From: Nibricoccus sp.
GTDB taxonomy: Bacteria > Verrucomicrobiota > Verrucomicrobiia > Opitutales > Opitutaceae
Length of the DNA: 64,000 nt
Assembly: GCA_047602425.1 (NCBI GenBank)
Contig: JASGHG010000001.1
Span: forward strand, 4,288,001-4,352,000
Reading direction: 5' to 3'
A program made the position numbers and the translations under genes. The notes below the pieces were generated by a model, which made no database searches, was not told where the DNA came from, and saw only the letters and a list, made by a program, of their open reading frames with translations. Below are positions 48,429 through 59,535 of the stretch, piece after piece. Numbering within the stretch: the first letter of the stretch is position 1; every line of letters begins with the position of its first letter.

Positions 48429-49697
48429 ATGCTAGACCCAAAGCTCATTCGTGAAACGCCGGACCTCGTCCGCGCAGCCATTGCCAAGAAGCATCTCGAC
48501 GTTGATCTCGATGCCGTGCTCGCCCTCGACGCCGCGTGGCGCAACCAATTGCAAGAGGTCGAAGCGCTTCGCGGCAAACAAAAGGCCGCCAACACCGACA
48601 TGGCCAAGCTCCCGAAAGGTTCGCCGGAGTTCGTCGCCAAGGTGCAGGAGATGAAAGCCGTTTCTGCGCAGGTGAAAGAACGCGAAGGTCAGCTCAAAGA
48701 AACCGAGGATAAATGGAAACAAGCCATGCTCGCGCTGCCCAATCTTCCGCATGCGAGCGTGCCGGAGGGCAAAACCCCGGAGCAGAATGTCGTGTATTCG
48801 ACCCATGGCGACATCGCCAAAGTTTCGCCCGCCGCGAAGCCGCACTTCGATATTCCCGGTTTTGAAAAGTTATTCGATTTTGCGCGTGGCGCGAAAGTCA
48901 CCGGCGCCGGTTTTCCATTCTACGTTGGCGATGGCGCGAAGATCGTGCGCGCCTTGCTTCAGTTCTTCCTCGATGAAGACACCAAGGCGGGCTACGTGGA
49001 GGTGAATCCTCCCATCCTCGTCAACGCCGCCAGCGCTACCGCCACCGGCCAGTTGCCCGACAAGGAAGGGCAGATGTACGAGACAACCGACGATCATTTC
49101 TACGCGGTGCCGACCGCCGAGGTGCCGCTGACGAATTTCTTCCGCGACGAAATTTTGGACGAGAGCGCGCTGCCGGTTTACCGCTGCGCTTACACGCCGT
49201 GTTTCCGCCGCGAGGCCGGCAGTTACGGCAAAGACGTGCGCGGCTTCAACCGTTTGCATCAGTTCGATAAAGTCGAATTGCTCAAATGGGTCCACCCGTC
49301 GACGAGTTACGACGAACTCGATAAATTGCGCAACGACGCCGAGCGCATCCTGCAAAAACTGGAGCTCCCTTACCGCGTGTTGCTCATGTGCGGCGGTGAC
49401 ATCGGTTTTTCCCAGTCGAAGAAATTCGATCTTGAAGTCTGGGCCGCCGGTCAGAAGCGCTGGTTGGAGGTATCGAGTTGTTCAAACTTCGAGGCTTTCC
49501 AGGCGCGCCGCGCGCAAATTCGTTTTCGCGCAAAGGAAACCGGAAAAGTCGAACTCGTCCATACGCTTAACGGTTCCGGCCTCGCGATTCCGCGCGTGCT
49601 GGCTGCGCTGCTCGAAAACAATCTGCAGCCCGACGGCCGCGTGAAGATACCCACCGCGCTCGTGCCGTATTTCGGCAAGGAGTATCTCAGCTTTTGA
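48429..49697 (+). CDS. serS: Serine--tRNA ligase
   Basis: PTAEVPL, FRREAGSYGKD, RLHQFDKVE, EVSSCSN, HTLNGSGLA. Confidence 0.97.
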   Translation: MLDPKLIRETPDLVRAAIAKKHLDVDLDAVLALDAAWRNQLQEVEALRGKQKAANTDMAKLPKGSPEFVAKVQEMKAVSAQVKEREGQLKETEDKWKQAMLALPNLPHASVPEGKTPEQNVVYSTHGDIAKVSPAAKPHFDIPGFEKLFDFARGAKVTGAGFPFYVGDGAKIVRALLQFFLDEDTKAGYVEVNPPILVNAASATATGQLPDKEGQMYETTDDHFYAVPTAEVPLTNFFRDEILDESALPVYRCAYTPCFRREAGSYGKDVRGFNRLHQFDKVELLKWVHPSTSYDELDKLRNDAERILQKLELPYRVLLMCGGDIGFSQSKKFDLEVWAAGQKRWLEVSSCSNFEAFQARRAQIRFRAKETGKVELVHTLNGSGLAIPRVLAALLENNLQPDGRVKIPTALVPYFGKEYLSF

Positions 49698-49718
49698 TCG
49701 CCGATTTCAGCGAAGCGG

Positions 49719-49748
49719 AGGCGACGACCAGGAGTCGTCGCCTTTTTC
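49719..49748 (+). terminator. Rho-independent terminator after serS
   Basis: AGGCGACGAC-cagga-GTCGTCGCCT followed by TTTT. Confidence 0.75.
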
Positions 49749-49755
49749 GTTTTAT

Positions 49756-49790
49756 AATTAGCGCCAATTAGCGTTCATTCGTGGTTGAAA
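49756..49790. repeat. AACCRC/GCTAAT-type 9/10-mer array arm upstream of tilS
   Basis: Reverse complement TTTCAACCACGAATGAACGCTAATTGGCGCTAATT; related to 1247-1276 and 29012-29049. Confidence 0.7.
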
Positions 49791-49797
49791 CATTTCG

Positions 49798-51219
49798 ATG
49801 CCTGCCGACTGGAAAAATTTCCCTGCGCTTTTCCCTCGTTCCGCGTTGCATCCGGCGGTCGTGTCCGCTGCCGACACGCGCCCGGCGGATGAATCTTGGT
49901 GCGTTGCATTTTCCGGAGGCGCCGATTCATTGGCGTTGCTGCTCCTCATCTGGACGCATTGGCCGGAACGGCGCTCGCGCCTGACGGCTCTTCACTTCAA
50001 TCATGGTCTGCGTGGCGCGGCGAGCGATGGTGACGAACAATTTTGCCGCGAGGTCTGCGCTGATCTGGAGATTGGTTTTAGTTCGGCAAAATGGCCGAAT
50101 CCGCCCGAACATCCCGGCGAAGCTGAGGCCCGCGCGGCGCGGCAGGAATTTTTTGCGCGGGAAATGTCGGCCCGCGAGGCACGTGTGCTTTGGACTGGCC
50201 ACCAAAAAGACGACATTGCCGAGACGCAGCTCATGCGTCTCGCGCGCGGCGCCGGTCCGGCCGGACTGGCCGCGCCACGTCCATTAAGCGCAAAAGAAGA
50301 TGACCGCATTTTCCTGCGACCCCTGCTCACGTTGAGCAAAGGCGAAATTCTCGCCGCATTGACGGCGGCCGGTGTGGCCTGGCGGGAGGATGCGACGAAT
50401 TCCACGCGCGATTATTTTCGGACGCGGGTTCGTTATGAAGTGCTTCCGCATTGGCAGGATGCGGCGTGTGCGAGCGTGCTCGGTGGAGCGGCGCTCAGCC
50501 GCGAGCTTTGCGAAGAGGATGACGTGGCGCTGGAATTTTGGCTCCGTCAACTGGGTGTGGAGGCCGCGGGCAACCGGCTCGACTTGCAGCCTCTGCGCGG
50601 ACTGCCCCGCGCGCTGTGGCGACGGGCGCTGCGCCGGTGGCGGCCGCTGGCGACATTGAGCCGGGCGGGTTTTGACGAACTCCTGACGCTTTGCGAAACC
50701 GGCGCGGCTGGACGCGTGAGCGTGGCAGACGGTTTTGTTGGGTTGAGCGATTTTATTCTCAGGTGGGAACCTGCGACCGGAGCATTCGAACCTTGGGCCG
50801 CGGTGGAATTGGGCGAGGGGAGCGCGGTGAAACTGCCCGATGGAGCGGAGATCATGGTTCGGCGGATCGTGTTCGATGCGGAGTTGCGCAAACGCATTTT
50901 GGCCGGACAGGTCGATTGTCGACGCGAAGCGTTTGTGTCTGGCGCAGCGTTACCATTGGTCGCACGCCCTTGGCGGGCCGGAGACCGTTTTCATCCGCTC
51001 GGTGCGCCGGGATCGGCGAAAATTCAGGACTGGTTCGTAAATCGGAAAATCCCCGTGGAACGCCGCGGAATACTTCCAATCATATGCTCAACTCAAGGCT
51101 CGGTCCTTTGGGTGCCCGGATTCCCCCCTGCAGAGACCGCAAAAGTCACAACTTTGACCGTTGAGGGGGTTCAATTGACTTATCGTGAAGGAACCTCCAC
51201 GTTAACAACCCAGTCTTAA
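49798..51219 (+). CDS. tilS: tRNA(Ile)-lysidine synthase
   Basis: PP-loop [35 protein letters not shown], TilS_C domain. Confidence 0.93.
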   Translation: MPADWKNFPALFPRSALHPAVVSAADTRPADESWCVAFSGGADSLALLLLIWTHWPERRSRLTALHFNHGLRGAASDGDEQFCREVCADLEIGFSSAKWPNPPEHPGEAEARAARQEFFAREMSAREARVLWTGHQKDDIAETQLMRLARGAGPAGLAAPRPLSAKEDDRIFLRPLLTLSKGEILAALTAAGVAWREDATNSTRDYFRTRVRYEVLPHWQDAACASVLGGAALSRELCEEDDVALEFWLRQLGVEAAGNRLDLQPLRGLPRALWRRALRRWRPLATLSRAGFDELLTLCETGAAGRVSVADGFVGLSDFILRWEPATGAFEPWAAVELGEGSAVKLPDGAEIMVRRIVFDAELRKRILAGQVDCRREAFVSGAALPLVARPWRAGDRFHPLGAPGSAKIQDWFVNRKIPVERRGILPIICSTQGSVLWVPGFPPAETAKVTTLTVEGVQLTYREGTSTLTTQS

Positions 51220-51227
51220 AAACCCTG

Positions 51228-53237
51228 ATGTCCGATCCACGAAACGATAAAAAGCGTCGCCCACTTAAAAACCTGCCTCCCGAGCGGTTTCAGCCCAAGG
51301 TCATTTTGATCTGGATGGCTGTTTTTGGGGCTTTGGCTGCGTTGATTTACTTCAGCAAAGGCAACAATGCCGCGCCCGCGACCCTCAAAATCCAGGAAGT
51401 GGTTGAACTGGCCGACCGAAAGCTGATCGCAAAAGGCGAAATCCGTTACGATGGCTCTGTCGCTCGCGATTGGGTGCAGGTTGTGGGCGAAGTCAAAGAA
51501 CCGATTCTCGACGGCGCCAATGGCGTGAAGACCCAGTATTTCCAAGCGTCGGGCAGCCTGACGGAAAAGACCAAGGAGTCCCTGCAGAAAGCGTTGTTCA
51601 CGGAGCGTCCGGCGAGCACCGTGTACACGCAGATTCTGGGCAATTTCCTTCCCATCATCTTCATCATCGGTCTGCTCTATTTCCTTTTCATGAGGCAAAT
51701 CCGGAGCGCGGGCCGCGGCGCTCTCAGCTTCGGCAAAAGCCGGGCCAAGCTTCTGACGCGCGATCGCGACCGCATTACCTTCTCCGATGTGGCCGGTTGT
51801 GACGAGGCCAAGGAAGAAGTTTCGGAAGTTGTCGATTTCCTGAAAGATCCGAAAAAATTCACCAAGATGGGCGGCAAAATTCCGAAGGGCATTCTCATGG
51901 TCGGCCCTCCGGGCACGGGTAAAACCCTTCTTGCCAAAGCCGTCGCCGGCGAAGCCGACGTGCCGTTTTTCTCCATTAGCGGCTCCGACTTTGTGGAGAT
52001 GTTTGTTGGTGTCGGTGCGAGCCGCGTGCGCGATATGTTTGAGCAAGGCCGCAAAAACGCGCCCTGCCTGATCTTCATCGACGAAATCGACGCCGTGGGC
52101 CGCCAGCGCGGTGCTGGACTCGGCGGTGGCAACGACGAACGTGAGCAGACGCTCAACTCGCTTCTTGTAGAAATGGACGGTTTCGACACCACCGAAGGCG
52201 TCATCATCATCGCCGCGACTAATCGCCCCGATGTGCTCGACAATGCGCTGCTGCGCCCGGGCCGTTTCGATCGCCAGATTTACGTCGATCTTCCCGACTT
52301 GGTGGGCCGCGAACAAATTCTCCGCGTTCATGCCCGCCGGATCGCACTTTCCGACGACGTTGACCTCAACGTCATCGCCCGCGGCACGCCCGGGCTTTCC
52401 GGCGCTGACCTCGCGAATCTTTTGAACGAAGGCGCGCTCCTCGCTGCCCGTCGCAACAAGAAAAAAGTCGAAATGATCGACGTCGAAGATGCGCGCGAAA
52501 AAGTACAATTTGGCCGCGAACGCCGCCGCGTGATGGACGACCGCGAGAAAAAGCTAACCGCTTATCATGAAGCCGGCCACGCCTTGGTCACCGCAGTTTT
52601 GGATGACGGCTTGGTTCCCGTGCACAAGGTGACGATCATTCCTCGTGGTGGCAGCTTGGGCAGCACGATGTACATTCCCAAGAAAGACATTCTCACGCAG
52701 GAAAAAAAGCGCGCCGAAATCCGCATAGCGATTGGTTGTGCAGGCCGCATCGCCGAAGAACTCGTGATGGACGACATTTCGAGCGGAGCCACCGGTGACA
52801 TCAAGATGGTGACGAAGATTGCCCGTGCCATGGTTTGCGACTGGGGAATGAGCCCGCTCGGCATGGTCGCCTACGGCGATAATCACGACACCGTTTTCCT
52901 GGGCCGTGAAATCTCCCGTTCGGAAAACTACAGCGAGGAAACGGCTCGCAAGATCGACGCGGAAGTTTCCCGCATCATCAACGAACAGTACGCCCGCGCC
53001 ACCGAGGTCATCTCTTCCCGCCGTCCCGCCCTCGATAAAATCGCCGAGGCGCTGTTGGAATACGAGACGATCGAAGGCAAACATGTGCTGGAAATCCTTC
53101 AGGAGGGCGAAATCAAATCGCCCGTGGTGAGAGAGATTCCTCCGCTGCCGAAATCCAACGACAAGCATCCGAAACAACCGGCGGACAAACCTGCCTCCAA
53201 CCTCGGCGGTACCGCCCCCGCGCCAAATCCCGCCTGA
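51228..53237 (+). CDS. ftsH: ATP-dependent zinc metalloprotease FtsH
   Basis: Two TMs, [29 protein letters not shown]. Confidence 0.97.
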   Translation: MSDPRNDKKRRPLKNLPPERFQPKVILIWMAVFGALAALIYFSKGNNAAPATLKIQEVVELADRKLIAKGEIRYDGSVARDWVQVVGEVKEPILDGANGVKTQYFQASGSLTEKTKESLQKALFTERPASTVYTQILGNFLPIIFIIGLLYFLFMRQIRSAGRGALSFGKSRAKLLTRDRDRITFSDVAGCDEAKEEVSEVVDFLKDPKKFTKMGGKIPKGILMVGPPGTGKTLLAKAVAGEADVPFFSISGSDFVEMFVGVGASRVRDMFEQGRKNAPCLIFIDEIDAVGRQRGAGLGGGNDEREQTLNSLLVEMDGFDTTEGVIIIAATNRPDVLDNALLRPGRFDRQIYVDLPDLVGREQILRVHARRIALSDDVDLNVIARGTPGLSGADLANLLNEGALLAARRNKKKVEMIDVEDAREKVQFGRERRRVMDDREKKLTAYHEAGHALVTAVLDDGLVPVHKVTIIPRGGSLGSTMYIPKKDILTQEKKRAEIRIAIGCAGRIAEELVMDDISSGATGDIKMVTKIARAMVCDWGMSPLGMVAYGDNHDTVFLGREISRSENYSEETARKIDAEVSRIINEQYARATEVISSRRPALDKIAEALLEYETIEGKHVLEILQEGEIKSPVVREIPPLPKSNDKHPKQPADKPASNLGGTAPAPNPA

Positions 53238-53259
53238 TACTCTGGCGGTATTTTCCTCC

Positions 53260-53289
53260 AAGGCGCGGTCTCAATTCCGCGCCTTTTTC
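53260..53289 (+). terminator. Rho-independent terminator after ftsH
   Basis: AAGGCGCGG-N8-CCGCGCCTT followed by Ts. Confidence 0.7.
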
Positions 53290-53342
53290 ATTTCTGAAGA
53301 CCGTCAATCGTCTCTGCGCAGGTCAATTTTTAAGCTAAACCA

Positions 53343-54605
53343 GTGAAACCCGCTAAAATAAGTTTCTCTTCCCTTGGACAGCGTTCGGAGCCGCCAACGA
53401 TCGCACGTCTCATGACGATGGCCTTGGAAACCCCCGGGTTGCTTTCGCTCGCCGCCGGTTTTACGGACAACAGTACGCTGCCGGTTCTTGCCACGCGTTC
53501 GGCAATGGAGGACCTCGCAGCGCAATCCGGGGACCCGGAATATTTGCAGTACGGCACAAATCAGGGTCGGTCCGGATTGAGGCGATTGCTCGCGGAAGCG
53601 CTGGTTAAGAAAGAAGCGAATCTCGAGATTGAAGCTGTTGCGCAAAATTTGTTGATAACAAATGGATCGCAACAAGCGCTTTACCTGGCGATGCAGGTGC
53701 TCTGCGACCCGGGTGACATCGTGTTGGTGGACCGACCGAGCTACTTTGTGTTTTTGGAGATGTTGACTGGACTAGGCGTGCAGGCGCGTTCCATGCCGAT
53801 CGACAAAAATGGTCGGATCGATGGGGCTGCGTTGAAAGAAATGCTCGTCGAGATGAGTGCGAACGGGGACATAAAGCGCTTAAAGGCCCTGTATTTCGTC
53901 AGCTATTTTTCAAATCCATCGTCCCGCAGCCTGACGGAAGAAGAAAAGAACACGATTGCCGACGTGCTGACCGCGCAAGGTTTATGTCTGCCGGTCATCG
54001 AGGATGGAGCGTACCGCGAACTCTATTTCCGCGAAGCCTGCCCGGCAGCGAGTGTGTTGAGCCTGTCCTCGTGGAGCGCATTTCCGAAACTTTATCTAGA
54101 GACATTGACAAAGCCTTTCGCGACCGGCTTGAAGGTGGGCTATGGTTATTGCTCCGATCGGATCTGGCTGGAAAAGATGTTACACGTCAAAGGCTGTCAC
54201 GATTTCGGCACGGCGAATTTAAATCAGGCGATTTTTGAGCGAGTCCTGTCCAACGGCGGATATGTCGGCCAACTTGCGAAAATTCGGCCGCATTATGAAC
54301 GGAAAATGCGTTGTCTGAACGATGCCTTGGTGACCGAAGGGCTGCCGCAACTCGGCTGGCGCTGGAGCATTCCCACTGGCGGCCTGTATCTTTGGCTGGA
54401 AGCGCCGTCTGCTTTGGATACCGCGACCGACTCGGCTTTTTGCCATGCCTGCATTCGCGAAGGCGTACTCTACGTGCCGGGCGATTTATGTTTTGGCGAT
54501 AACGCCCCGCGAAATTTCGTACGCCTGAGTTTTGGCGTTCTAAACGAAACGGACCTTGTTGAGGCAGCGCGACGGTTTGTGACGGTTGCGCGGCGATTGG
54601 GATGA
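53343..54605 (+). CDS. PLP-dependent class I aminotransferase (2-aminoadipate transaminase-like)
   Basis: LQYG, ITNGSQQAL, FSNP, IEDGAY, TLTKPFATGLKVG, GGLYLW. Confidence 0.88.
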   Translation: MKPAKISFSSLGQRSEPPTIARLMTMALETPGLLSLAAGFTDNSTLPVLATRSAMEDLAAQSGDPEYLQYGTNQGRSGLRRLLAEALVKKEANLEIEAVAQNLLITNGSQQALYLAMQVLCDPGDIVLVDRPSYFVFLEMLTGLGVQARSMPIDKNGRIDGAALKEMLVEMSANGDIKRLKALYFVSYFSNPSSRSLTEEEKNTIADVLTAQGLCLPVIEDGAYRELYFREACPAASVLSLSSWSAFPKLYLETLTKPFATGLKVGYGYCSDRIWLEKMLHVKGCHDFGTANLNQAIFERVLSNGGYVGQLAKIRPHYERKMRCLNDALVTEGLPQLGWRWSIPTGGLYLWLEAPSALDTATDSAFCHACIREGVLYVPGDLCFGDNAPRNFVRLSFGVLNETDLVEAARRFVTVARRLG

Positions 54606-54672
54606 ATCTATTGCATTCGGAAATTCGGCCTTGGAAGCTGTGAACGAAATGGCCTAACTTGCGGTCATTCCT

Positions 54673-56031
54673 ATGAAAATTTGCTGCATCGGTGCTGGTT
54701 ATGTGGGCGGTCCTACTATGGCAATGATTGCCCTCAAGGCTTCTGACATCGAAGTGAACGTCGTCGACATGAACGCCGCCCGCATCGCGGCTTGGAATTC
54801 CGATACGCTTCCGATCTACGAGCCTGGCTTGGATGATGTGGTCAAGCAGTGCCGTGGCAAAAATCTGCATTTCAGCACCGACGTCGCCGGCGGTATTCAA
54901 AAAGCGGATATCATCTTTGTGTCCGTCAACACGCCAACCAAGACGTACGGTGTGGGCGCCGGCAAGGCCGCGGACCTCCGCTACGTCGAATCTGTTGCCC
55001 GCATGATCGCGGATGTGGCAACGTCGTCTAAGATCATTGTTGAAAAATCGACCATCCCGGTTCGCACTGCCGAAGCGATCAAAACGATTCTCGCGGCCAA
55101 CACGCGCGGCCTGAAATTCTCCGTGCTTTCGAATCCCGAGTTTCTTGCGGAAGGCACGGCGGTGGCCGATTTGCTCAGCCCTGATCGTGTGCTGATCGGT
55201 GGCGAACAAAGCGCGGAGGGGCAGGCGGCGCTGAAGACCCTCGCCGACGTTTACGGCCGCTGGGTGCCGCGCGAGCGTATTATCCTAACCAACCTCTGGT
55301 CTTCGGAACTTTCAAAGCTGGTGGCCAACGCGTTTCTCGCGCAGCGCATTTCGTCGATTAACTCCATTTCCGCGCTTTGCGAAGCGACCGGCGCAGACGT
55401 GGACGAAGTCGCCAATGCCATCGGAAAAGACAGCCGCATCGGCCCCAAATTTTTGAAGGCGTCTGTTGGTTTCGGTGGCTCGTGCTTTCAGAAAGACATT
55501 TTGAATCTTGTGTACCTTTGTCAGCACTTTGGCCTGCCCGAAGTTGCTTCGTACTGGGAGCACGTGGTGCAGATGAACGATTTTCAAAAGCGCCGTTTTG
55601 CCTCGAGAATTGTCGATTCTCTTTTCAATACCGTCGCCGACAAGAAAATCGCTGTGCTCGGTTTTGCCTTTAAAAAAGACACGAACGACACGCGCGAGTC
55701 CGCGGCGATCAATGTCGTGCGCGATCTGCTTGCGGAACAGGCCAACGTAACCGTGTATGACCCAAAAGTTCCCGCCGCCGAAATCGTTTCCGATACACTC
55801 GGCAAGGGTAATTCCAATCCACGTTTGTCGGTGGCTTCGAACGTCTACAAAGCCTGCGAGGGCGCGCATGCTGTCGCGATCGTGACCGAATGGGACGAGT
55901 TTAAAAAACTCGATTTCGAAAAAATCTACGCGGGTATGATGAAGCCGGCCTTCATTTTCGACGGCCGCAACATCGTCGATCTCGCCCAGTTGCGCGCCAT
56001 TGGTTTCCGCGCCTTCGGCATCGGAAAATAG
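54673..56031 (+). CDS. ugd: UDP-glucose 6-dehydrogenase
   Basis: [54 protein letters not shown]. Confidence 0.95.
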   Translation: MKICCIGAGYVGGPTMAMIALKASDIEVNVVDMNAARIAAWNSDTLPIYEPGLDDVVKQCRGKNLHFSTDVAGGIQKADIIFVSVNTPTKTYGVGAGKAADLRYVESVARMIADVATSSKIIVEKSTIPVRTAEAIKTILAANTRGLKFSVLSNPEFLAEGTAVADLLSPDRVLIGGEQSAEGQAALKTLADVYGRWVPRERIILTNLWSSELSKLVANAFLAQRISSINSISALCEATGADVDEVANAIGKDSRIGPKFLKASVGFGGSCFQKDILNLVYLCQHFGLPEVASYWEHVVQMNDFQKRRFASRIVDSLFNTVADKKIAVLGFAFKKDTNDTRESAAINVVRDLLAEQANVTVYDPKVPAAEIVSDTLGKGNSNPRLSVASNVYKACEGAHAVAIVTEWDEFKKLDFEKIYAGMMKPAFIFDGRNIVDLAQLRAIGFRAFGIGK

Positions 56032-56070
56032 GTCTGGCAAGGGCTACACCGCAGGTGCGGCCCAACGTAT

Positions 56071-57459
56071 TCAACTTTCCGGTACAACCGGGATCAGGTT
56101 GCTCGTGACTTGTTCGCGGCTACGGTGCGCATACTTGAGCCATTTGCGAAGTTTCCAACGCCGGTACATGATCATGCCTCGCAGCCATTCCTCGATCATC
56201 ATGGCGATCCAGATTCCCGGCAGGCCCCATTTCAATCGGAGGCTGAAAAACCACGCGAGCGGTACGCCCATAAACCATTGTGAAATCATGGCGACCTGCA
56301 CAGGGAACCGCGCATCTCCTGTGGCGCGAAGCGCATTGATCACGACAATATTGAAGACCCGGCCCGGCTCGTAGATGATCGACAGCCGCAAAAGCAATAC
56401 ACCGCCCGCGATGATCACAGGGTCACGTGAGAACAGGCCGAGCATCGGTTTGGCGAACAACGCCACCAGTACAATTGCCCCGGTGGCGATCAGCAGGCCC
56501 GTGCGCAGGCTCTTCATGACTTCGCGATATGCGTGCTCAAACTCCCCCGCGCCGATCATCCGCCCGATGAGGATTTCCGTGCCGAGTCCGAGCGAAACGC
56601 TGAAAAGAATGACTAGGCGTTGCACATTCTGGGTGTAAGTCATCTGCGCGAGGCTTTCTGAGCCGAGTCGGGAGGCGAAACTGGTTATAACCATCAATGA
56701 GAGCCAATAGCTCATGTGTTCACCGGCGGCGGGCAGGCCGATGTGGAGGATGCGTTTGATTCGTCCGAGCGGAAGCTTTACGAAGTCCGCCGCGCGCAAC
56801 TTGATGTGCAGACGACGCTCGAGCAGAGTCCAAAGCGCGATGGAAGCTGCCACACGACTGAAGACACTGGCCAGCGCGACGCCGGGCACGCCCATCTTGG
56901 GTGCACCCAAAAGGCCGAACAGGAGCACGCAGCTCACCGCGATGTTGATCACGTTTTGCACCAGCGTGACCACCATGGCGTCGCGCGTATGTCCGTGGGC
57001 GCGCAGGGAGGCGCCGATGGAGCTGTTGACCGCCTCCATGAACAACGAACCGCCCATCATAGCCAGAAACGGCTGCGCGTAGATCATGAGATCGCCCGGT
57101 AGTTGCATGAACCTCAGAAGAGGCGCGGCAAAGAGGTAGGCGATCAGGCTGCAAACGATGCCGACCCAAAGATTCACTGCGATGGCGGTGCCGACGATTT
57201 TTTTTGCACCAGCCGCATCGCCTCCACCGACGTGGTGCGTAATGACCACGCTTGCGCCGATGCCGATGAAATTGAAACAGATCAATGCCAGGACGACGAA
57301 CTGATTGGCCACACCGAGCGCGGCGACTGCGCCATCGGAAACATGGCTCACCATAAACGTATCGACCGTGCCGATCAAGATGCGCAGGGTCTGTTCAACA
57401 AAAATCGGCCAGGCGATGGCGAGTAGAGTGGGCTGGGTGCTGGACGTGGTTGGCTTCAC
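56071..57459 (-). CDS. MATE family efflux transporter
   Basis: About 12 TMs; VDTFMV, LRAHG, IGLPAAGE, LRATGD. Confidence 0.92.
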   Translation of the reverse strand: MKPTTSSTQPTLLAIAWPIFVEQTLRILIGTVDTFMVSHVSDGAVAALGVANQFVVLALICFNFIGIGASVVITHHVGGGDAAGAKKIVGTAIAVNLWVGIVCSLIAYLFAAPLLRFMQLPGDLMIYAQPFLAMMGGSLFMEAVNSSIGASLRAHGHTRDAMVVTLVQNVINIAVSCVLLFGLLGAPKMGVPGVALASVFSRVAASIALWTLLERRLHIKLRAADFVKLPLGRIKRILHIGLPAAGEHMSYWLSLMVITSFASRLGSESLAQMTYTQNVQRLVILFSVSLGLGTEILIGRMIGAGEFEHAYREVMKSLRTGLLIATGAIVLVALFAKPMLGLFSRDPVIIAGGVLLLRLSIIYEPGRVFNIVVINALRATGDARFPVQVAMISQWFMGVPLAWFFSLRLKWGLPGIWIAMMIEEWLRGMIMYRRWKLRKWLKYAHRSREQVTSNLIPVVPES

Positions 57460-57594
57460 TTTGCGTCACGTGCTATCACTCCGTGACGGCCATCCCGTAA
57501 AGCGGATTAAGAGTATAACGTTAGCGTTATTCTCTTGAGTTTGGTTGCCGAGACGCTGAACGACGCAACTCGCGCGCAAGGAACCACTGGGGTT

Positions 57595-58590
57595 CTACTT
57601 TCGCGACCAGAGGCGCAGCGACGAGAGCAGGAAATCCTCCAGCGCGGCGGATTCGTTCAAATTGACCCGCAACAGGCCAACGGCGTGCTCCAGTTTTTCG
57701 ATCGACGCTGTCAAGGCGCGGCGCGTGGTGCCGTCGTCGTTGTTCAGGCGTTCGAGGGCGAAGGCGCGGGTGGCGTGTTCGATTTCGATGAAGAGTCGAG
57801 AGCGGAGGCCATTGGCGATCCCGGTTTCAATCGCGACTTGTTCCTCATCGGACAGCTCGGCGGGAAGTTTCTCCTTTTGCGCCTTCCAAACTTCGCCAGT
57901 CGCGAAATCGAGGATGGCGCCGAATCGCGAAACCAGTCCATAGGTGCAAAAAATCGAGGCGGCCGCGGCTTTTTTGTCGGCGATGCCGGCGCGCAATTGC
58001 GCGAGCCAGCCGCGGTAATCGCTCAGCCATGCGCTCCATCCGTCGGGTGAGAAACCCGCGGTATCGGTTGGAAAACGGAAATGAAGGCAGCGGCTGCGGA
58101 TCGTGGGCAGCAAGGCGTAGGGCCGCGTGGTGATAAGCAGGAGCGAAGTGTTGGCCGGCGGCTCCTCGAGGGTTTTGAGAAAAATATTGGCAGCGGCCAC
58201 GTTCATGCGATCGCACTCGTGGATAACGGCGACCTTGCGCGGGGCGACGGTGGGCGAAACCTGGACTTTGCCGATGAGATCGCGCGTCGCGTCGGCGGAA
58301 ATTTGGCGCATTTTGCCGGTTGGACGAAGCGCGAAGAAATCCGGATGCTGCTCGGGCGCGTAGCGGGGCGCATCCATGCCGGGCAAACCGAAGCCGCCGC
58401 CAGCTGTGTCGCCGGTGTTGAGCAACCGGTCGGCGAGGGCGAGGGCGACGTGCTGGAGCGTTTCGATGTCGTCGCCCGTCAGCAGCAGACTGTGCGAAAG
58501 ACGGTCCCGTTCGATGGCGCGCTCGATCACGAGGACTGAGGGCGTGCCGGCAACGGCGGCGGGCCAGGGCATGGTTTCTGCCGATGACAT
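57595..58590 (-). CDS. holB: DNA polymerase III delta' subunit
   Basis: HPDF, AANIFLKTLEEPP, LPTIRSRC; downstream of tmk. Confidence 0.88.
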   Translation of the reverse strand: MSSAETMPWPAAVAGTPSVLVIERAIERDRLSHSLLLTGDDIETLQHVALALADRLLNTGDTAGGGFGLPGMDAPRYAPEQHPDFFALRPTGKMRQISADATRDLIGKVQVSPTVAPRKVAVIHECDRMNVAAANIFLKTLEEPPANTSLLLITTRPYALLPTIRSRCLHFRFPTDTAGFSPDGWSAWLSDYRGWLAQLRAGIADKKAAAASIFCTYGLVSRFGAILDFATGEVWKAQKEKLPAELSDEEQVAIETGIANGLRSRLFIEIEHATRAFALERLNNDDGTTRRALTASIEKLEHAVGLLRVNLNESAALEDFLLSSLRLWSRK

Positions 58591-58622
58591 CGAATGCGGC
58601 GGAGACGCGGCGCTGGCGGCGG

Positions 58623-59324
58623 TTAGGCCTTGACCGTGGTTCGCCTTGCGGCTTTGCGGGCGGGCTTGGCGGTTTCGACCAAACGTTCTTGCACGGCGGC
58701 CCAGACTTGTTTCGCGATGGCGGCTTCCTTTTGCGTGCCATCGATGACGACGAAGCGTTCCGACATGCCTTTGGCGAGCACGAGGTAGCCGGCGCGAACT
58801 TTTTCGTAGAAATCGATATTTTCGCGCTCCATGCGGTCGGGCAGGTCGCTCGCACGTTGGCGAATACGGGCCAGGCTGACTTCGGTGGGAACGTCGATCA
58901 CGATGGTGAGATCGGGCATGACATTGCCGACGGCGAAGCGGTTGATCTGATTGACCGGGCCCATGGCGAGGTTGCGTCCAATGCCTTGGTAGACCGTCGA
59001 GGAATCGAGGTAGCGGTCGCTGAGCACAAAGGCACCGCGGAGCAGGGCAGGGGCGATGACTTCACGGACGAGTTGGGCGCGCGCTGCGGCGAAAAGAAGG
59101 AGCTCGGTCTCGGCGCACATTTCGTCGCCCTTGGAATTGTGGACGATGATGTTTCGGATCTGCTCGCCGATTTCTGTGCCGCCGGGCTCACGGGTGGAAA
59201 CGACGTCGACCTTGGCCTGTTGGAGGCGCTCGGCGAGGTGCGCGATTTGCGTGGATTTTCCACTGCCTTCCGAACCTTCAAATGAGATGAGTTTGCCGAG
59301 AGCTTTTTGGTCTTTGAGAGGCAT
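58623..59324 (-). CDS. tmk: Thymidylate kinase
   Basis: FEGSEGSGKST, TREPGG, LLFAAARAQ, DRY. Confidence 0.95.
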   Translation of the reverse strand: MPLKDQKALGKLISFEGSEGSGKSTQIAHLAERLQQAKVDVVSTREPGGTEIGEQIRNIIVHNSKGDEMCAETELLLFAAARAQLVREVIAPALLRGAFVLSDRYLDSSTVYQGIGRNLAMGPVNQINRFAVGNVMPDLTIVIDVPTEVSLARIRQRASDLPDRMERENIDFYEKVRAGYLVLAKGMSERFVVIDGTQKEAAIAKQVWAAVQERLVETAKPARKAARRTTVKA

Positions 59325-59535
59325 GATGGGAAACTAGGAGAATTATTTGGTGGTAGCGAGAATGGATTCTGCAGCGCGGGCCTGCACATCCAAGAGGCAA
59401 AAAAACCAAAGCCCCGGGAGCAACAGCATTCGCACGCGGTCTGCACTTCATCCGCCAAAACGAACATCTCGCCGCGCATGCTTTTCCATTGAATGCTCCG
59501 CCCAAACGCTCCAACTCTTCACGTAATCTTTTTCA

